A stretch of 63,573 bases of DNA, filler included, from Lama guanicoe (lineage: Eukaryota): assembly GCA_013239625.1 (NCBI GenBank). It is 133 parts of 133 records of this genome, joined end to end, with 100 filler letters (N's around TTAATTAATTAA, not from the genome) between each part and the next. Parts side by side here need not be neighbours in the genome. Positions count along the whole stretch, not along the records: positions 12,895 to 13,269 come from PNXV01058820.1; positions 13,370 to 13,747 come from PNXV01058821.1; positions 13,848 to 14,225 come from PNXV01058822.1; positions 14,326 to 14,703 come from PNXV01058823.1; positions 14,804 to 15,181 come from PNXV01058824.1; positions 15,282 to 15,659 come from PNXV01058825.1; positions 15,760 to 16,137 come from PNXV01058826.1; positions 16,238 to 16,615 come from PNXV01058827.1; 125 more parts are not named here. One strand, written 5' to 3'. A program made the translations under genes and the position numbers. The notes beneath the pieces are model-generated. The model saw only the letters and a list, made by a program, of their open reading frames with translations. It ran no database searches and was not told where the DNA came from. Every line of letters begins with the position of its first letter. The stretch's first letter is position 1. Of the stretch, positions 13,061-25,654 are shown piece by piece.

Positions 13061-13484
13061 ATACTCCAAAGCTATGAAAAGAAACTATCTCTATAACTTA
13101 ATACTAGGAAAGATATCTTAGAAAAGATCAACATTGGCAAGTCATGAAAGAAAAGACTAGTAAATATTAATGTTGCATAGATCAGTTCAAAGAGTGCTCT
13201 TGGGATGAAAGACTGAAGTTCTCCATAGGATGTAACAGTCACTCAATAGTGTATGTTATCTTGAGGAGANNNNNNNNNNNNNNNNNNNNNNNNNNNNNNN
13301 NNNNNNNNNNNNNTTAATTAATTAANNNNNNNNNNNNNNNNNNNNNNNNNNNNNNNNNNNNNNNNNNNNAAATTAGGCAAAATGTGGATGGTATATTTTT
13401 CAGTATTATATACAGATATAGATATAGGTCACCCAGTATTAATGCATTTTAACTCACTTTATTATAAAATATAGTTTAAAAAAT

Positions 13485-13747
13485 CAACTCTTCTTAGATC
13501 CAGAAGAGAAGTGAGGTCACAGAGCAAAATGTTGCCCCAAAATTGGAGACCAGCAGGTGGATACAGAGGATCACAACTTGCTAGAGCAGAAACCCACCAG
13601 CTGAAACCTCCTTGGGAACCAGAGCCTGGGGTGGGCAAATCTGAACTGCAATTGATGAAGAGCTGGACGCTCCATGTGGACGACTCTGAGGGTTCAACAC
13701 TCCAGGGGGACCCAGTTCTGAGGGTGGAGGCCCCCACACTTTTGTGA
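13485..13747 (+). mobile_element. Old LINE-1 5' region fragment
   Basis: ttcttagatccagaagagaagtgaggtcacagagcaaa...agagcagaaacc resembles L1M 5'UTR sequence. Confidence 0.5.
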
Positions 13748-14579
13748 NNNNNNNNNNNNNNNNNNNNNNNNNNNNNNNNNNNNNNNNNNNNTTAATTAAT
13801 TAANNNNNNNNNNNNNNNNNNNNNNNNNNNNNNNNNNNNNNNNNNNNGATCTGGGAATGTGCTAAACATTATTGAATTGTTAGTTTAAATGAGTGAATTT
13901 TTTTGGCCTGTGAATTTTATCTCAATAAACCTGTTTTGAGAAACATAATGTTTAAAGTATGTCAGAGAAATCTGAATGAGGACATGAAATCTTGGTATTT
14001 CTAAGCAATACGAAATACGAGAAAACCAGAGATCTAAAGGATTTGAGGAATACATAGTAGACTGATTGATGTTATCATTTGAGATTCCTTTAATAAGACT
14101 GACTTATTAGAATGTGAGTACTTCCTGCTCATGGCAACTGGTTAGACTCCAGAGGTCAAAAAACACAAGTTGGCTGGATCTCTGGAGCGATCTGTGAGCA
14201 AAGAAAGCTTTGTCAGCCTGGGCAGNNNNNNNNNNNNNNNNNNNNNNNNNNNNNNNNNNNNNNNNNNNNTTAATTAATTAANNNNNNNNNNNNNNNNNNN
14301 NNNNNNNNNNNNNNNNNNNNNNNNNCGGCCTTCCTGGTCTCCTGCCCCTGTGACCCTGGCACCTGGCAGCCGGGCTCAACACTGAGTCCCGGAGCTGGGA
14401 TCTGCGTCCCGGAGGGCTGAGAACGCTCTGGTTCTCCAGGTCCCGGGAATGCTGTTAACTTGTATGAGAATAAATTCAACTGCTAAATGAGGGAAACTGG
14501 TAAATCCACCGGCTGAGTAGAGCATCTACTTCCCAGCACAGGACACGGGCAGTTTAGGCTAAATACCCAGGTACTAACG

Positions 14580-14703
14580 GCTGTACAGCTCAGGGGACTA
14601 TGTTCAATATCTCGTAATAACCTACAATGAGCGAGAATATGGAAAAGTATGTATGTGCACATATGATTGCATCACTTTGCTGTGCACCAGAAATTAGCAC
14701 AGA
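14580..14703 (+). mobile_element. LINE-1 3'UTR fragment
   Basis: ctgtacagctcaggggactatgttcaatatctcgtaataacctacaatg...tttgctgtgcaccagaaatta; homologous to 12895-13060. Confidence 0.8.
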
Positions 14704-14884
14704 NNNNNNNNNNNNNNNNNNNNNNNNNNNNNNNNNNNNNNNNNNNNTTAATTAATTAANNNNNNNNNNNNNNNNNNNNNNNNNNNNNNNNNNNNNNNNN
14801 NNNATAAGTAACAATAATAAGTAATGATCTTTGAAATATGTATTCATTTAATATGCATACTCAGCCATGCAAGGAAAATATAAT

Positions 14885-15000
14885 AGACCTCCCATTTTAC
14901 AGATAAGAAGATCGAGGCCTGTGGACTCAGTGACTTGTCTGAGGTTACATGACTGCTACATGGCAGACTTTGTCTCAAATCTAGTTCTGTCCAGTTTGAA
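14885..15000. mobile_element. MIR SINE core fragment
   Basis: cccattttacagataagaagatcgaggc...gtgacttgtctgaggttaca is the MIR core. Confidence 0.75.
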
Positions 15001-15759
15001 AGGCCCATGTAAAGTACTAGCATAATGCCTGGCGTATAGCAGAAGATCACTTGATGATCATAATGGTGGTTATTCTGCATAGGTTTCCTTTAACAACCTA
15101 ATTTAGTCAGCATTACATTTTTTTCTTATTGCATCATGATGTTGTTTCTTGCAACAGTTGCAAAGGACTTCGTTTTTTTTTNNNNNNNNNNNNNNNNNNN
15201 NNNNNNNNNNNNNNNNNNNNNNNNNTTAATTAATTAANNNNNNNNNNNNNNNNNNNNNNNNNNNNNNNNNNNNNNNNNNNNTGAGCTTTAGAGTCTTAGC
15301 TGCCCCAAACATGTACGATGGGGAAACTGACAGTAGTTCTTAGGGTTGTTGTGAAGATACAGACAGTATATGAAAAGCACTTGGCTGGTTTTCCTGCTAC
15401 CTGGCAAGCTTCTTGAGGACAGGAACTCACATCTGCTGGCAGCTGGATGTACCCCCCGGGGCCTGGCACCAGGTCTGCACTGAGTGGTTCAGGTATCTGT
15501 CAAAGAGGTGCGTGGTTAATAGGTACACTCAGTGGCTTCCCCGTCACCACACCGGTATCTGTGCTGCTCCGGCAACAACACTGGAGCATACACAAGTCAG
15601 AATGGCACTGTGACCGAGATAACCTTCAATTCACCCCCTATTTAAAAATAGGGAAATCANNNNNNNNNNNNNNNNNNNNNNNNNNNNNNNNNNNNNNNNN
15701 NNNTTAATTAATTAANNNNNNNNNNNNNNNNNNNNNNNNNNNNNNNNNNNNNNNNNNNN

Positions 15760-16137
15760 TGTCAGACTTAGCATAATCCACCCAAGGTCCTTCTCTGTTG
15801 TTTCAATGGCAACATTTCATTCTTTTTTTGTGTGTCAGTAATAGTCCATTGGGCCTTGGGTACTATGGTCATTTTATAATGATAATTGTTCCAAGCCATG
15901 AGCACAGTATAGCCTTCTATTTGTTGGTGTTGTCTTCAGTTTATTTCATCAACATTTTATAGTTTTCCAGGTAGTGGTCTTTGACCTTCTTATTTAGATT
16001 TATTTCTAGATACTTTATTCTTTTGATGTGATTATAAGTGAGATTGTTTTCCTTCCTAACTTCTGTTTCTGAGAGTTTGTTGTTAGTGTATAGAAATGCA
16101 AAAGATTTCTGTATCTTTTGTATCTTGCAATTTTATC
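15760..16137 (-). mobile_element. LINE-1 ORF2/3' fragments
   Basis: Antisense L1 motifs: cttagcataatccacccaagg, then ccatgagcacagtatagcc...gtgtatagaaatgcaaaagatttctg. Confidence 0.85.
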
Positions 16138-16311
16138 NNNNNNNNNNNNNNNNNNNNNNNNNNNNNNNNNNNNNNNNNNNNTTAATTAATTAANNNNNNN
16201 NNNNNNNNNNNNNNNNNNNNNNNNNNNNNNNNNNNNNATATATCTGTTTAAATAATAATTCAATATTTACTTTTAAAGAACTTGACTTACTCATTGAGCA
16301 CATTTCTACAG

Positions 16312-16439
16312 ATTTAAGAAACTTTAAAATGACAAGAAGGAAGTTGTATGAATATGAAAATGGAGAGATTAGTTTCCATGGAGATTTGAAAAATAATCAA
16401 ATTGAATTGGATATTCAGATTAATATGCTAAAGCATAAG
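16312..16439 (+). pseudogene. ANKRD26: ANKRD26-family coiled-coil exon, probably a decayed paralogue
   Basis: After a ttctacag acceptor it encodes ...KMTRRKLYEYENGEISFHGDLKNNQIELDIQINMLKHK, matching remembered ANKRD26 KMTRKKLNEYENGEFSFHGDLKTSQFEMDIQINKLKHK. The 5' end appears 2 nt short (FKKL* in the expected phase) and the donor reads GCAATT rather than GT. Confidence 0.8.
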
Positions 16440-18627
16440 GCAATTTTTAATCAATTTTGGGACATCAAAATTACTTAATTTGGGGAAATATAAGTCACTC
16501 AGTGCTTTGACCACTGAAACATAGATTTTTTTAATATTAATTTTCCAGATTTCATACCAGTAAAAAAGACAGCATTTGTCCTATATCATTTTCTATAAAA
16601 AGGGCTTAATATTAANNNNNNNNNNNNNNNNNNNNNNNNNNNNNNNNNNNNNNNNNNNNTTAATTAATTAANNNNNNNNNNNNNNNNNNNNNNNNNNNNN
16701 NNNNNNNNNNNNNNNCACCCCTTCTGGATTCTGCCAGGTCGTGTAAATTTCATCCCTCTTACTCTCTGCTAACATGTTCCCATCCTCTTTCATCTTCCCC
16801 AGATTTCTGTGCTTTCTCATATTCGTGCTGCCCCCCTCCTCATCGCTATTACTGGTTTGTTCTTTGTCCTACCTCAAAGCTTTCATTTCAGTATTTCAGT
16901 GGAGATTTTAGAGACGCATGAAGGGAGAATGCGCTGGGTATGCAATCTCGTGCTAGAAATCTATCATATTTTATTATATAGTGGGGCAAGTTCTCCCAAG
17001 CAGTCTTCTTTTTCTAATTTGTCTTGGCTATTATTTTCTATTACTCATCCACATAAAGTTTAGAATCATTTTTGTCAAGTTCAAAGAAAAAAANNNNNNN
17101 NNNNNNNNNNNNNNNNNNNNNNNNNNNNNNNNNNNNNTTAATTAATTAANNNNNNNNNNNNNNNNNNNNNNNNNNNNNNNNNNNNNNNNNNNNATAATTC
17201 CACAAATATCCTAATATCATAGTCATATTGAGTTACCCAAGGGATGTAAAGTTACTCTAATGTTAAAACTATATAACTATACTGCAATTAAAAAAAGTAA
17301 AAACAAAAAAACTATATGATGATCTTATTAGATGAAGAAAAGGCATTCAGTAAACTTCAACAAGATTCATGAAAAGAAACTCTTAAGAAAATAAGAATAC
17401 AAAGAAAATTCCTTAATTTCATAAAAGGTAATCTGGAAAACTTCAGCAAACATCATACTAAATGGTGAAAAATTAAGAGCATTCTCCTTAAAATCAGAAA
17501 CAGGATAAGAATACTTACAGGATATAATCATCATTGGTTGAAGAAAACATTTTTGCCCTATTTGAAAAAAANNNNNNNNNNNNNNNNNNNNNNNNNNNNN
17601 NNNNNNNNNNNNNNNTTAATTAATTAANNNNNNNNNNNNNNNNNNNNNNNNNNNNNNNNNNNNNNNNNNNNAGATGGGGAGTGGCTCTGACAGATACACC
17701 TATGTGCCAAAGCAGGACAAAGGTAAGCTGAGAACTGAGAGCTTGGGGGCCTGATGGGGGGTCGCCAGAAAGTGGGCAAAAGGCTCCAATGTCAGCAGCT
17801 TCAGGTGAGTGACCAAACCGGGACTTGAGACGGGGCCTAGTGGTGAGAGCTGAGACGAGGGTAGATCCCGCAGCAATCACTTCATGTTGTCCAGGGCAAG
17901 GGGACAAGTGACAAGGCACGTGAAAGCAGCCGATACCATCAGAAGGCCAGTGTGGGTCAGACGCCCCTCCTTCAACAGCAGGAAGGTCACGAGCCCCTTG
18001 GAAGTTTGAGCAAATCCAGAGAGAAAGGGAGAAGGAAAAAGGGGGGGGGNNNNNNNNNNNNNNNNNNNNNNNNNNNNNNNNNNNNNNNNNNNNTTAATTA
18101 ATTAANNNNNNNNNNNNNNNNNNNNNNNNNNNNNNNNNNNNNNNNNNNNAGGGATAAAACTGATGAATAAATAAAACAAAAGAGGAAACTTACATGGAAC
18201 TGCTCTGATAGTTCACCATGAAATGTTAAGTAAGATTTACTCAACTGTTGGCAAAAAAAATAAAAACGCATATATTTCTAAACTGAGAAAAGCTTTCAGA
18301 TATGAATTTCTTTAAATTACTGATTCTCTGTGATAAACTTTACTGCCTCTGTGTCCATTTTCACATCCACCCCACCTTCAATTTAAAGACAGGGGGCTCT
18401 TTTGTAAAGCGAACCCCTTTCTGTGTGCTCCTTTCATCTTTCTTGGGGACATTGCTTCATAATATGTGCCCTTTCTTTTCAGACCTGTAACTTTTCCACC
18501 CTCAAAGAGACCTTTTCTTCACTATGTNNNNNNNNNNNNNNNNNNNNNNNNNNNNNNNNNNNNNNNNNNNNTTAATTAATTAANNNNNNNNNNNNNNNNN
18601 NNNNNNNNNNNNNNNNNNNNNNNNNNN

Positions 18628-19005
18628 CAGATATTAATAAGGTTACCAACCTTGAGATGAAGAGATTATCCAAGTGGGTCCAATTTAACCACACTGGGTT
18701 CTTAAAATCAAAGCACCTTTCCCGGCTATGGTCACAGGGATATGCGACTATGGAAGATGGATCAGAGAGATGTAATCATTTTTGTTTGAAGTTGGAGAAA
18801 AAGCACCAAAAGCCAATGAATGTGGGTGACCTCTAAAAGCTGGAAAAGGAAAGGAAATGGATTTGCCTCTACAGCCTCCAGAAGAGAACACAGACATCCC
18901 AACATCTTAATTTTAGACCAGTGAGACCTGTGTCAGACTTGTGACCTACAAAAATATAAGATAATAAATTTGTGTTGCTTTAAATCACTAATTTTGTGAT
19001 AATAT
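18628..19005 (+). mobile_element. MaLR LTR (MLT1-type)
   Basis: ccttgagatgaagagattatcc...ctggaaaaggaaaggaaatggatt...gcctccagaagagaacacag...aataaatttgtgttgctttaa. Confidence 0.9.
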
Positions 19006-20539
19006 NNNNNNNNNNNNNNNNNNNNNNNNNNNNNNNNNNNNNNNNNNNNTTAATTAATTAANNNNNNNNNNNNNNNNNNNNNNNNNNNNNNNNNNNNNNN
19101 NNNNNTTTTTAATTGGTGGAATGACTTGTGACTTATTTCAGTTGTCTTCTCTATTAAATGAGGATGATTTTTTTATCCCTTTTTGTTACTTTAAAGGAGA
19201 AGCCTATAGAATCTTTGATTTGTATATTAAGTATCCTCTCAGAGTGCAAAATTAAAGAGGAGGAAGATAATGAATATTTTGTATGTTTACGTAGACTTTA
19301 AGTGTTAGGCATAGGTGGAATTTTACATAACAAAGCAGACAGTACCAAACTGAGGATCGCAGGCCCCCGGAGAGCTGTGTGGGCTTCGTTCTGAAGCCAC
19401 TGCTGAGAGAGGCTCTGTGGAGTGAATGTAAGCCTGAGTCATCTGTGTCAACTTTTCCATTCAGGACCTTGATCAAACTTATTNNNNNNNNNNNNNNNNN
19501 NNNNNNNNNNNNNNNNNNNNNNNNNNNTTAATTAATTAANNNNNNNNNNNNNNNNNNNNNNNNNNNNNNNNNNNNNNNNNNNNTTTGCTATGTTTTTCCT
19601 CCCTTGTAATCAGTAGCTGATCTTTTGGGAGACCATTGAAGACTGGGCGAATGTTCATTCCTCGTCAAAAATTCCCACTTGATTTAGCATCCATCGATGA
19701 TTTTTGCTGGATTCATTCTTTCCTATGCTGGTTGCAAAATGGTTTTCTGTGTCCAGCATTCTCTCCCCATTTATGAGATGGTCGTTGACATTTTGCTGTA
19801 AACAAGAAACCACTTTGTTTCTTCTTTTCTTTATAGATTTGTTACTGGCCTGGACTCAGGAGATTCTGTTTTTTTCAGTGGTTTGTAATTTGCTACTGTA
19901 TGTAATTGTTTTGGTGCCCATGCTTTTCCAGATCAGACATGGCCAGTGAGAGTTCCTTCAANNNNNNNNNNNNNNNNNNNNNNNNNNNNNNNNNNNNNNN
20001 NNNNNTTAATTAATTAANNNNNNNNNNNNNNNNNNNNNNNNNNNNNNNNNNNNNNNNNNNNAAAATCATGTGGAGGGTGGGCTGATACAGTGTTGACCAG
20101 ACATAGAAGAAATCTTTACTGCTGTAGAACTAAGGCACGATGATTGGAATGAAGAAGTGAGCAAAGATAGGATCCAGAGATAATAGGAGGTAGAATTTGC
20201 AAGTCAGGGTGAAAGGGGGTCCGTGGTGATTCTCAGGTTTCCTGTTTCAGTGAGAAAAATGAAAACCATGTTTGTATATCTTTTTTTACATTTTTTATAA
20301 ATTTTTTATTGAAGTATTGTTTGTTTGCAATGTTGTGTTAATTTCTGGTGTACAGCAGAGTGGTTCAGTTATACATACGTATATATTCTCTTCATATTCT
20401 TTTTCATTATAGGCTATTACAAGGTATTGAATATAATTCNNNNNNNNNNNNNNNNNNNNNNNNNNNNNNNNNNNNNNNNNNNNTTAATTAATTAANNNNN
20501 NNNNNNNNNNNNNNNNNNNNNNNNNNNNNNNNNNNNNNN

Positions 20540-20912
20540 ACAAGCTCCAACTCGATTTTACAGTGAAATCTGTAGGAATTTTAAACCGTCACTAGGAAAC
20601 AGGCTGAGAATCCAGAGTAAGTGTTTCGCCTGCAACCAATTCCTTTCTTATAGATCAACGAACGTCTCTCCACATGCTCAGTGTTGAGAGTTTAACGTGT
20701 GTGAAAGCCGTCCTTCACCTAGCTTGTTAGGAACATAAGATTGTCTTCAGTTGTAAAACCCACTACATACATATATATGGGGAAGTAAAAGCTCCAACTC
20801 GGATTTAAAGTGAAAACTACTGAAACTTCAAACTGGCACTAGGAGTCAGACTGAAAACCCAGGGAAAAGGTTTCTCCTGCAACCTGTTCCTTTTTGCTAG
20901 ATGAACGAACGT
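20540..20912. repeat. Tandem repeat/satellite, period 247 bp (~1.5 units)
   Basis: gctccaactc at 20544 and 20791; aacgaacgt at 20657 and 20904. The ungapped 124-nt overlap has ~28 mismatches by manual count (~77% identity). Confidence 0.85.
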
Positions 20913-21968
20913 NNNNNNNNNNNNNNNNNNNNNNNNNNNNNNNNNNNNNNNNNNNNTTAATTAATTAANNNNNNNNNNNNNNNNNNNNNNNNNNNNNNNN
21001 NNNNNNNNNNNNGGCGAAACAGCTGCTTTCGATTCTTTTCCTTTTCTATTCATTTTTTAAGGCATTGTCACAACTGACAGAAACCACAGGAACTTCCTTC
21101 TAAACTTAACTCTTTCCCAACTGTTTCAGCCTTTGTACTTTTGACAACTCTTCTGCAAATTTTGTTATAACAGATACAAGTACAACCACTAAGACCCCTG
21201 CTGTGACTCTTGTCAGTTCCCCCTGTTTATTTTTACCTGGTTAGTTAAACAGCAATCTCTACACTTATAGAACCACTTCATGATATTATTGTCTTCCTTT
21301 TAATCACCTGTTGAATATTAATGAATTTGATACAGTTAGAGGTCCAATGAATCAAAATTTACCTGAGATTTATTTTATTCTGCATGTCCTNNNNNNNNNN
21401 NNNNNNNNNNNNNNNNNNNNNNNNNNNNNNNNNNTTAATTAATTAANNNNNNNNNNNNNNNNNNNNNNNNNNNNNNNNNNNNNNNNNNNNCATTGTCCAC
21501 TATGTGTCATTGAGAAGAAAGGGCACCACATGCACAAGGGAAATCCAGGATGGGGGTTATATCATGATTCCAATATTTATTTCACAGTTCCTGTTGTGTT
21601 GGAGGCATCAACAGTAAAGATTTCACCTGTCCCCTTCATCACTTTGGACTGCAATATTACATACTTTCTGTCTATTTTTCTCTTAGAGCTGACAAACTGG
21701 TACCTGAAAATGACAAGTCAGGTTTGGAGCTAGATTCAGTATGTTTTGAAAATTAACTTCATTTTCATAAAATCCCAAAATATGTAAATCAATTCCATTA
21801 ACCATTTGAAAGACTGCAACTGAAGTATCAACAAAATGTCAGTACTGGAGTCTTCAGACAAACCCTCCNNNNNNNNNNNNNNNNNNNNNNNNNNNNNNNN
21901 NNNNNNNNNNNNTTAATTAATTAANNNNNNNNNNNNNNNNNNNNNNNNNNNNNNNNNNNNNNNNNNNN

Positions 21969-22341
21969 GTTCCCTTTTCTCCACACACTCTCCAGCATTT
22001 ATCACTTATGGACTTTTGAATGATGGTCATTCTCACTGGTGTGAGATGATATCTCACTGTAGTTTTGATTTGCATTTCTCTGATAATTAAGGATATTGAG
22101 CATTTTTTCGTGTGCTTATTGGCCATTGTTTGTCATCATTGGAGAATCGCTTGTTTAGGTATTTTGCCCATTTTTGGATTGGGTTGCTTTTTTGTTATAA
22201 AGTTGCACAAGCTGTTTGTATATTCTGGAGGTTAAGCACTTGTTAACTGCATTATTTGCAAATATTTTTTCCCATTCTGTAAGTTGTCCTTCTGTTTTGT
22301 TTATAGTTTCCTTTGCTGTACAAAAGCTTATAAATTTAATT
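21969..22341 (-). mobile_element. LINE-1 ORF2 C-terminal fragment
   Basis: [33 protein letters not shown]...[10 protein letters not shown] is the L1 ORF2p cysteine-rich region. Confidence 0.95.
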
Positions 22342-24434
22342 NNNNNNNNNNNNNNNNNNNNNNNNNNNNNNNNNNNNNNNNNNNNTTAATTAATTAANNN
22401 NNNNNNNNNNNNNNNNNNNNNNNNNNNNNNNNNNNNNNNNNCTGCCTTGGTTCTTCCTACCTTTTTCACTGTTACAGCTGAACCAATTACTGTCTTATCT
22501 GATGGCTACCAAAAAAACTCTGTCATTCTCGGTTTTTCCTTATCACTTACATCTCAGATCCAGTCAGTGGCCTGTCTGGTCCTGTAGTTTGCATTGTCTT
22601 GCCTGTTTGTTTAAGTGCCTTCTACTGCTCTTGACCCTCTTTTGCATGTTTTAAGTCTGATCTCCCCTGAGGGATAAGCTCATGACATCTTCACTTGAAT
22701 GCCTAGTCACCACCTCACCTTTGACATATCCAAACTTGCAGTGTCTCAAGTTTCCCCATCACAGTAAAAGACACCGCTGTTCATTCATGAGTCTTGAACT
22801 CTGCAGTCATCCTCAACTANNNNNNNNNNNNNNNNNNNNNNNNNNNNNNNNNNNNNNNNNNNNTTAATTAATTAANNNNNNNNNNNNNNNNNNNNNNNNN
22901 NNNNNNNNNNNNNNNNNNNAGTGCGGGATGTACCTAGGGCGGGTGCCTGGGACCCTGGGCGGGGCCGGCCTGACCCTGAAGGGACTGTGGGCGGAGTGGG
23001 CGGCGGCTCCGCGGGGCGGCAGGGGACGCGCTGGGTGCAGGGCGTTTCTGCCGGTCCTCTTTCCTTCTGGGATGGCATAGGTTGCCTAGGGTCTTTCTTT
23101 TCCCTTTTCCCCCGCTTTTCGTTTGGTATTGAGATGGGTAGGAGAGGAAGGGGAAGGGCCCTTCATCTCACAAAGACTATTCCTGAGCCGTTTTGCACCT
23201 GGCTCAACTCTGAGGTATTTACATTTATAAAATGTCTTATTTAAAAAAGATTTTTATTTTGGAAATAACTTAAGAATTTGAAAAAAAGTTAAAAAAAANN
23301 NNNNNNNNNNNNNNNNNNNNNNNNNNNNNNNNNNNNNNNNNNTTAATTAATTAANNNNNNNNNNNNNNNNNNNNNNNNNNNNNNNNNNNNNNNNNNNNTC
23401 TAAGCCTGACTACATGCAACACTGGGCTAGATCCTTTGAAGAGCATGGTGAACCTGGGGTCCTTGGGCTTTGACCTTGGAGAGCTTTATACTTACACAGG
23501 GAGGTCTTTTAAACCTAATGCGATGCAAATTTAGGCTCTAGTGTAGACTTGGAGAGCAAAGACGGAATGACCTTGAACAAAGAGAAAACTGGGTTACTAT
23601 AAGAACTGAGAAGTAATCTGAATTCTCAGATTCTTTTTTCCATTATCATTTCCATTGGAAAATGTGCTTGTCAAAAGAGACCTCAAAGTGAGATGCTCTG
23701 CATCCTGTAGCCTCCCCAGTCATATTAAAGACCCCTATCTTTGAGTTTTTTACATTTTTTCCATTCTCCTTTTCTTCNNNNNNNNNNNNNNNNNNNNNNN
23801 NNNNNNNNNNNNNNNNNNNNNTTAATTAATTAANNNNNNNNNNNNNNNNNNNNNNNNNNNNNNNNNNNNNNNNNNNNATGAACTCTCCCACTCTCCCAAG
23901 ACCCTGCATTCTTCTGCTCAGCCAAGTTTTCCCAAGCTCCTGCTGGGCGTTGGGCACATCTATTCATTGGACATTGTTCTCTTTGGAATATCCAGAAAAA
24001 AACATTAATTTGTCTTTTCCATGACAAATTACCAAGTCACTTCCAGGTCTTCCTTTTAATTGTTCTTTGTGGGATCATCACTACTTCCCTCATTCGTTTC
24101 TCCCAAACATCTGTTCTGTGCTGGGTCTTATGGGAGATACAGTCCATGACCCTGGAAAGCACCTTGTCCTGATCATTGCTTTATTATGTGGGGAGTCTAT
24201 ACGTCTATCCATCCAGCCATATGATAATCAGCTCACCTCATTCACAGCCAAATGAANNNNNNNNNNNNNNNNNNNNNNNNNNNNNNNNNNNNNNNNNNNN
24301 TTAATTAATTAANNNNNNNNNNNNNNNNNNNNNNNNNNNNNNNNNNNNNNNNNNNNTCTTTCTTTCTTTCTTTTTGCAAAGAATCAGAATTAGTGTAATC
24401 TGTGAAGTTTTGAGGGGTCTGGGTGTTTTCTGAA

Positions 24435-24735
24435 ACATACTTGACATACAATGCTACGTTAATTTCAGGTGTGTGACATAGTCATTTGACATTTCGTACA
24501 TTATGAAATGATCACAATGCTAGTGGCCACTGGCCCCCACACAAAGTTATTACAGTGTTATTGAGCATGTTCCTCATGCTGTGTGTTACATTCTCGTGGC
24601 TTATTTATTTTATAACTGAAGGTTTGTACCCTTTTACCTGTTTTACAGACACCCACCCTCTCCTCTTTGGCAACCACCAGTTTGTTCTCTGTTTCTGTGA
24701 GTCTGTATTTCTGTTGTTTTGTTTCTTCTGGTTTT
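24435..24735 (-). mobile_element. LINE-1 3'UTR fragment
   Basis: ttgacatacaat...tttcaggtgtg...ggcaaccaccagtttgttctctgtttctgtgagtctg. Confidence 0.85.
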
Positions 24736-25464
24736 NNNNNNNNNNNNNNNNNNNNNNNNNNNNNNNNNNNNNNNNNNNNTTAATTAATTAANNNNNNNNN
24801 NNNNNNNNNNNNNNNNNNNNNNNNNNNNNNNNNNNGGATTTCAGGGATGTCTGTGGCGCCCCAGGGAAGGCTGCCAGGTGTGATGATTCCTTTTTTGTTT
24901 GGCTTTGTTCAAGTCCCACCCCGGACTTTCCTCCAGTGCTGAGTCACTGCGTCATGTCCTGCCAAAGCCCTTTAGAAAGGACTTAGAGGTTCCCTCCGCC
25001 CTGTGATCCTCTGGGAAGCTGGTCCCCTGGGCAGAGAGCTCCCTTGCAACCTGCCCCCAAACTGGCCTCACACGTCCAGACAGGAGCCTGGAGAAAAGCA
25101 GCAGCCAAGGAGACGGCCCAGGAAACCTGGTTGTGTCCAACTATGTGCCCAGCAAGGGAATCCCAGAACCATGCAGTTCACCCATCACTCCCGATGGAGC
25201 AGAAGGGAGCGCTCNNNNNNNNNNNNNNNNNNNNNNNNNNNNNNNNNNNNNNNNNNNNTTAATTAATTAANNNNNNNNNNNNNNNNNNNNNNNNNNNNNN
25301 NNNNNNNNNNNNNNCAGGCAGAGCTTAAACCACCCCTTGGGGTGAGAACAGCATGGATGTGCTCCCCAAGAAGAAAGTTTTTTGGACAGAAGGCCGCTGT
25401 GGATACAGGACAGCCAGCAGGTAGATGGGCAGGTACCACCCAGGATGCCCGTCCCCTTCCTCAC

Positions 25465-25654
25465 CTGCGATGATGAACCAGTTCATGTGGTGCAGGAGGT
25501 TGATGTAGCAGAGCACCGAGGCAGCCAGGTAAGCTCTCCAGCGAGGCAGGCTCCAGGGGGCGAGAGTGGTCGGAGAGGGACACTGACCTGAGCCCAGCCC
25601 TGGGGACTGGCCCTGAGGTCCCTCCAGCTCAGGCTCCCCGCACTTCATGGGCAT
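25465..25654 (-). CDS. SPNS3: SPNS3 (spinster homolog 3, MFS transporter) first coding exon
   Basis: ATG at 25654 gives MPMKCGEPELEGPQGQSPGLGSGQCPSPTTLAPWSLPRWRAYLAASVLCYINLLHHMNWFIIA(G), then a GTGAGG donor at 25464. Matches remembered SPNS3 WSLPPWRAYVAAAVLCYINLLNYMNWFIIAG. Confidence 0.93.
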
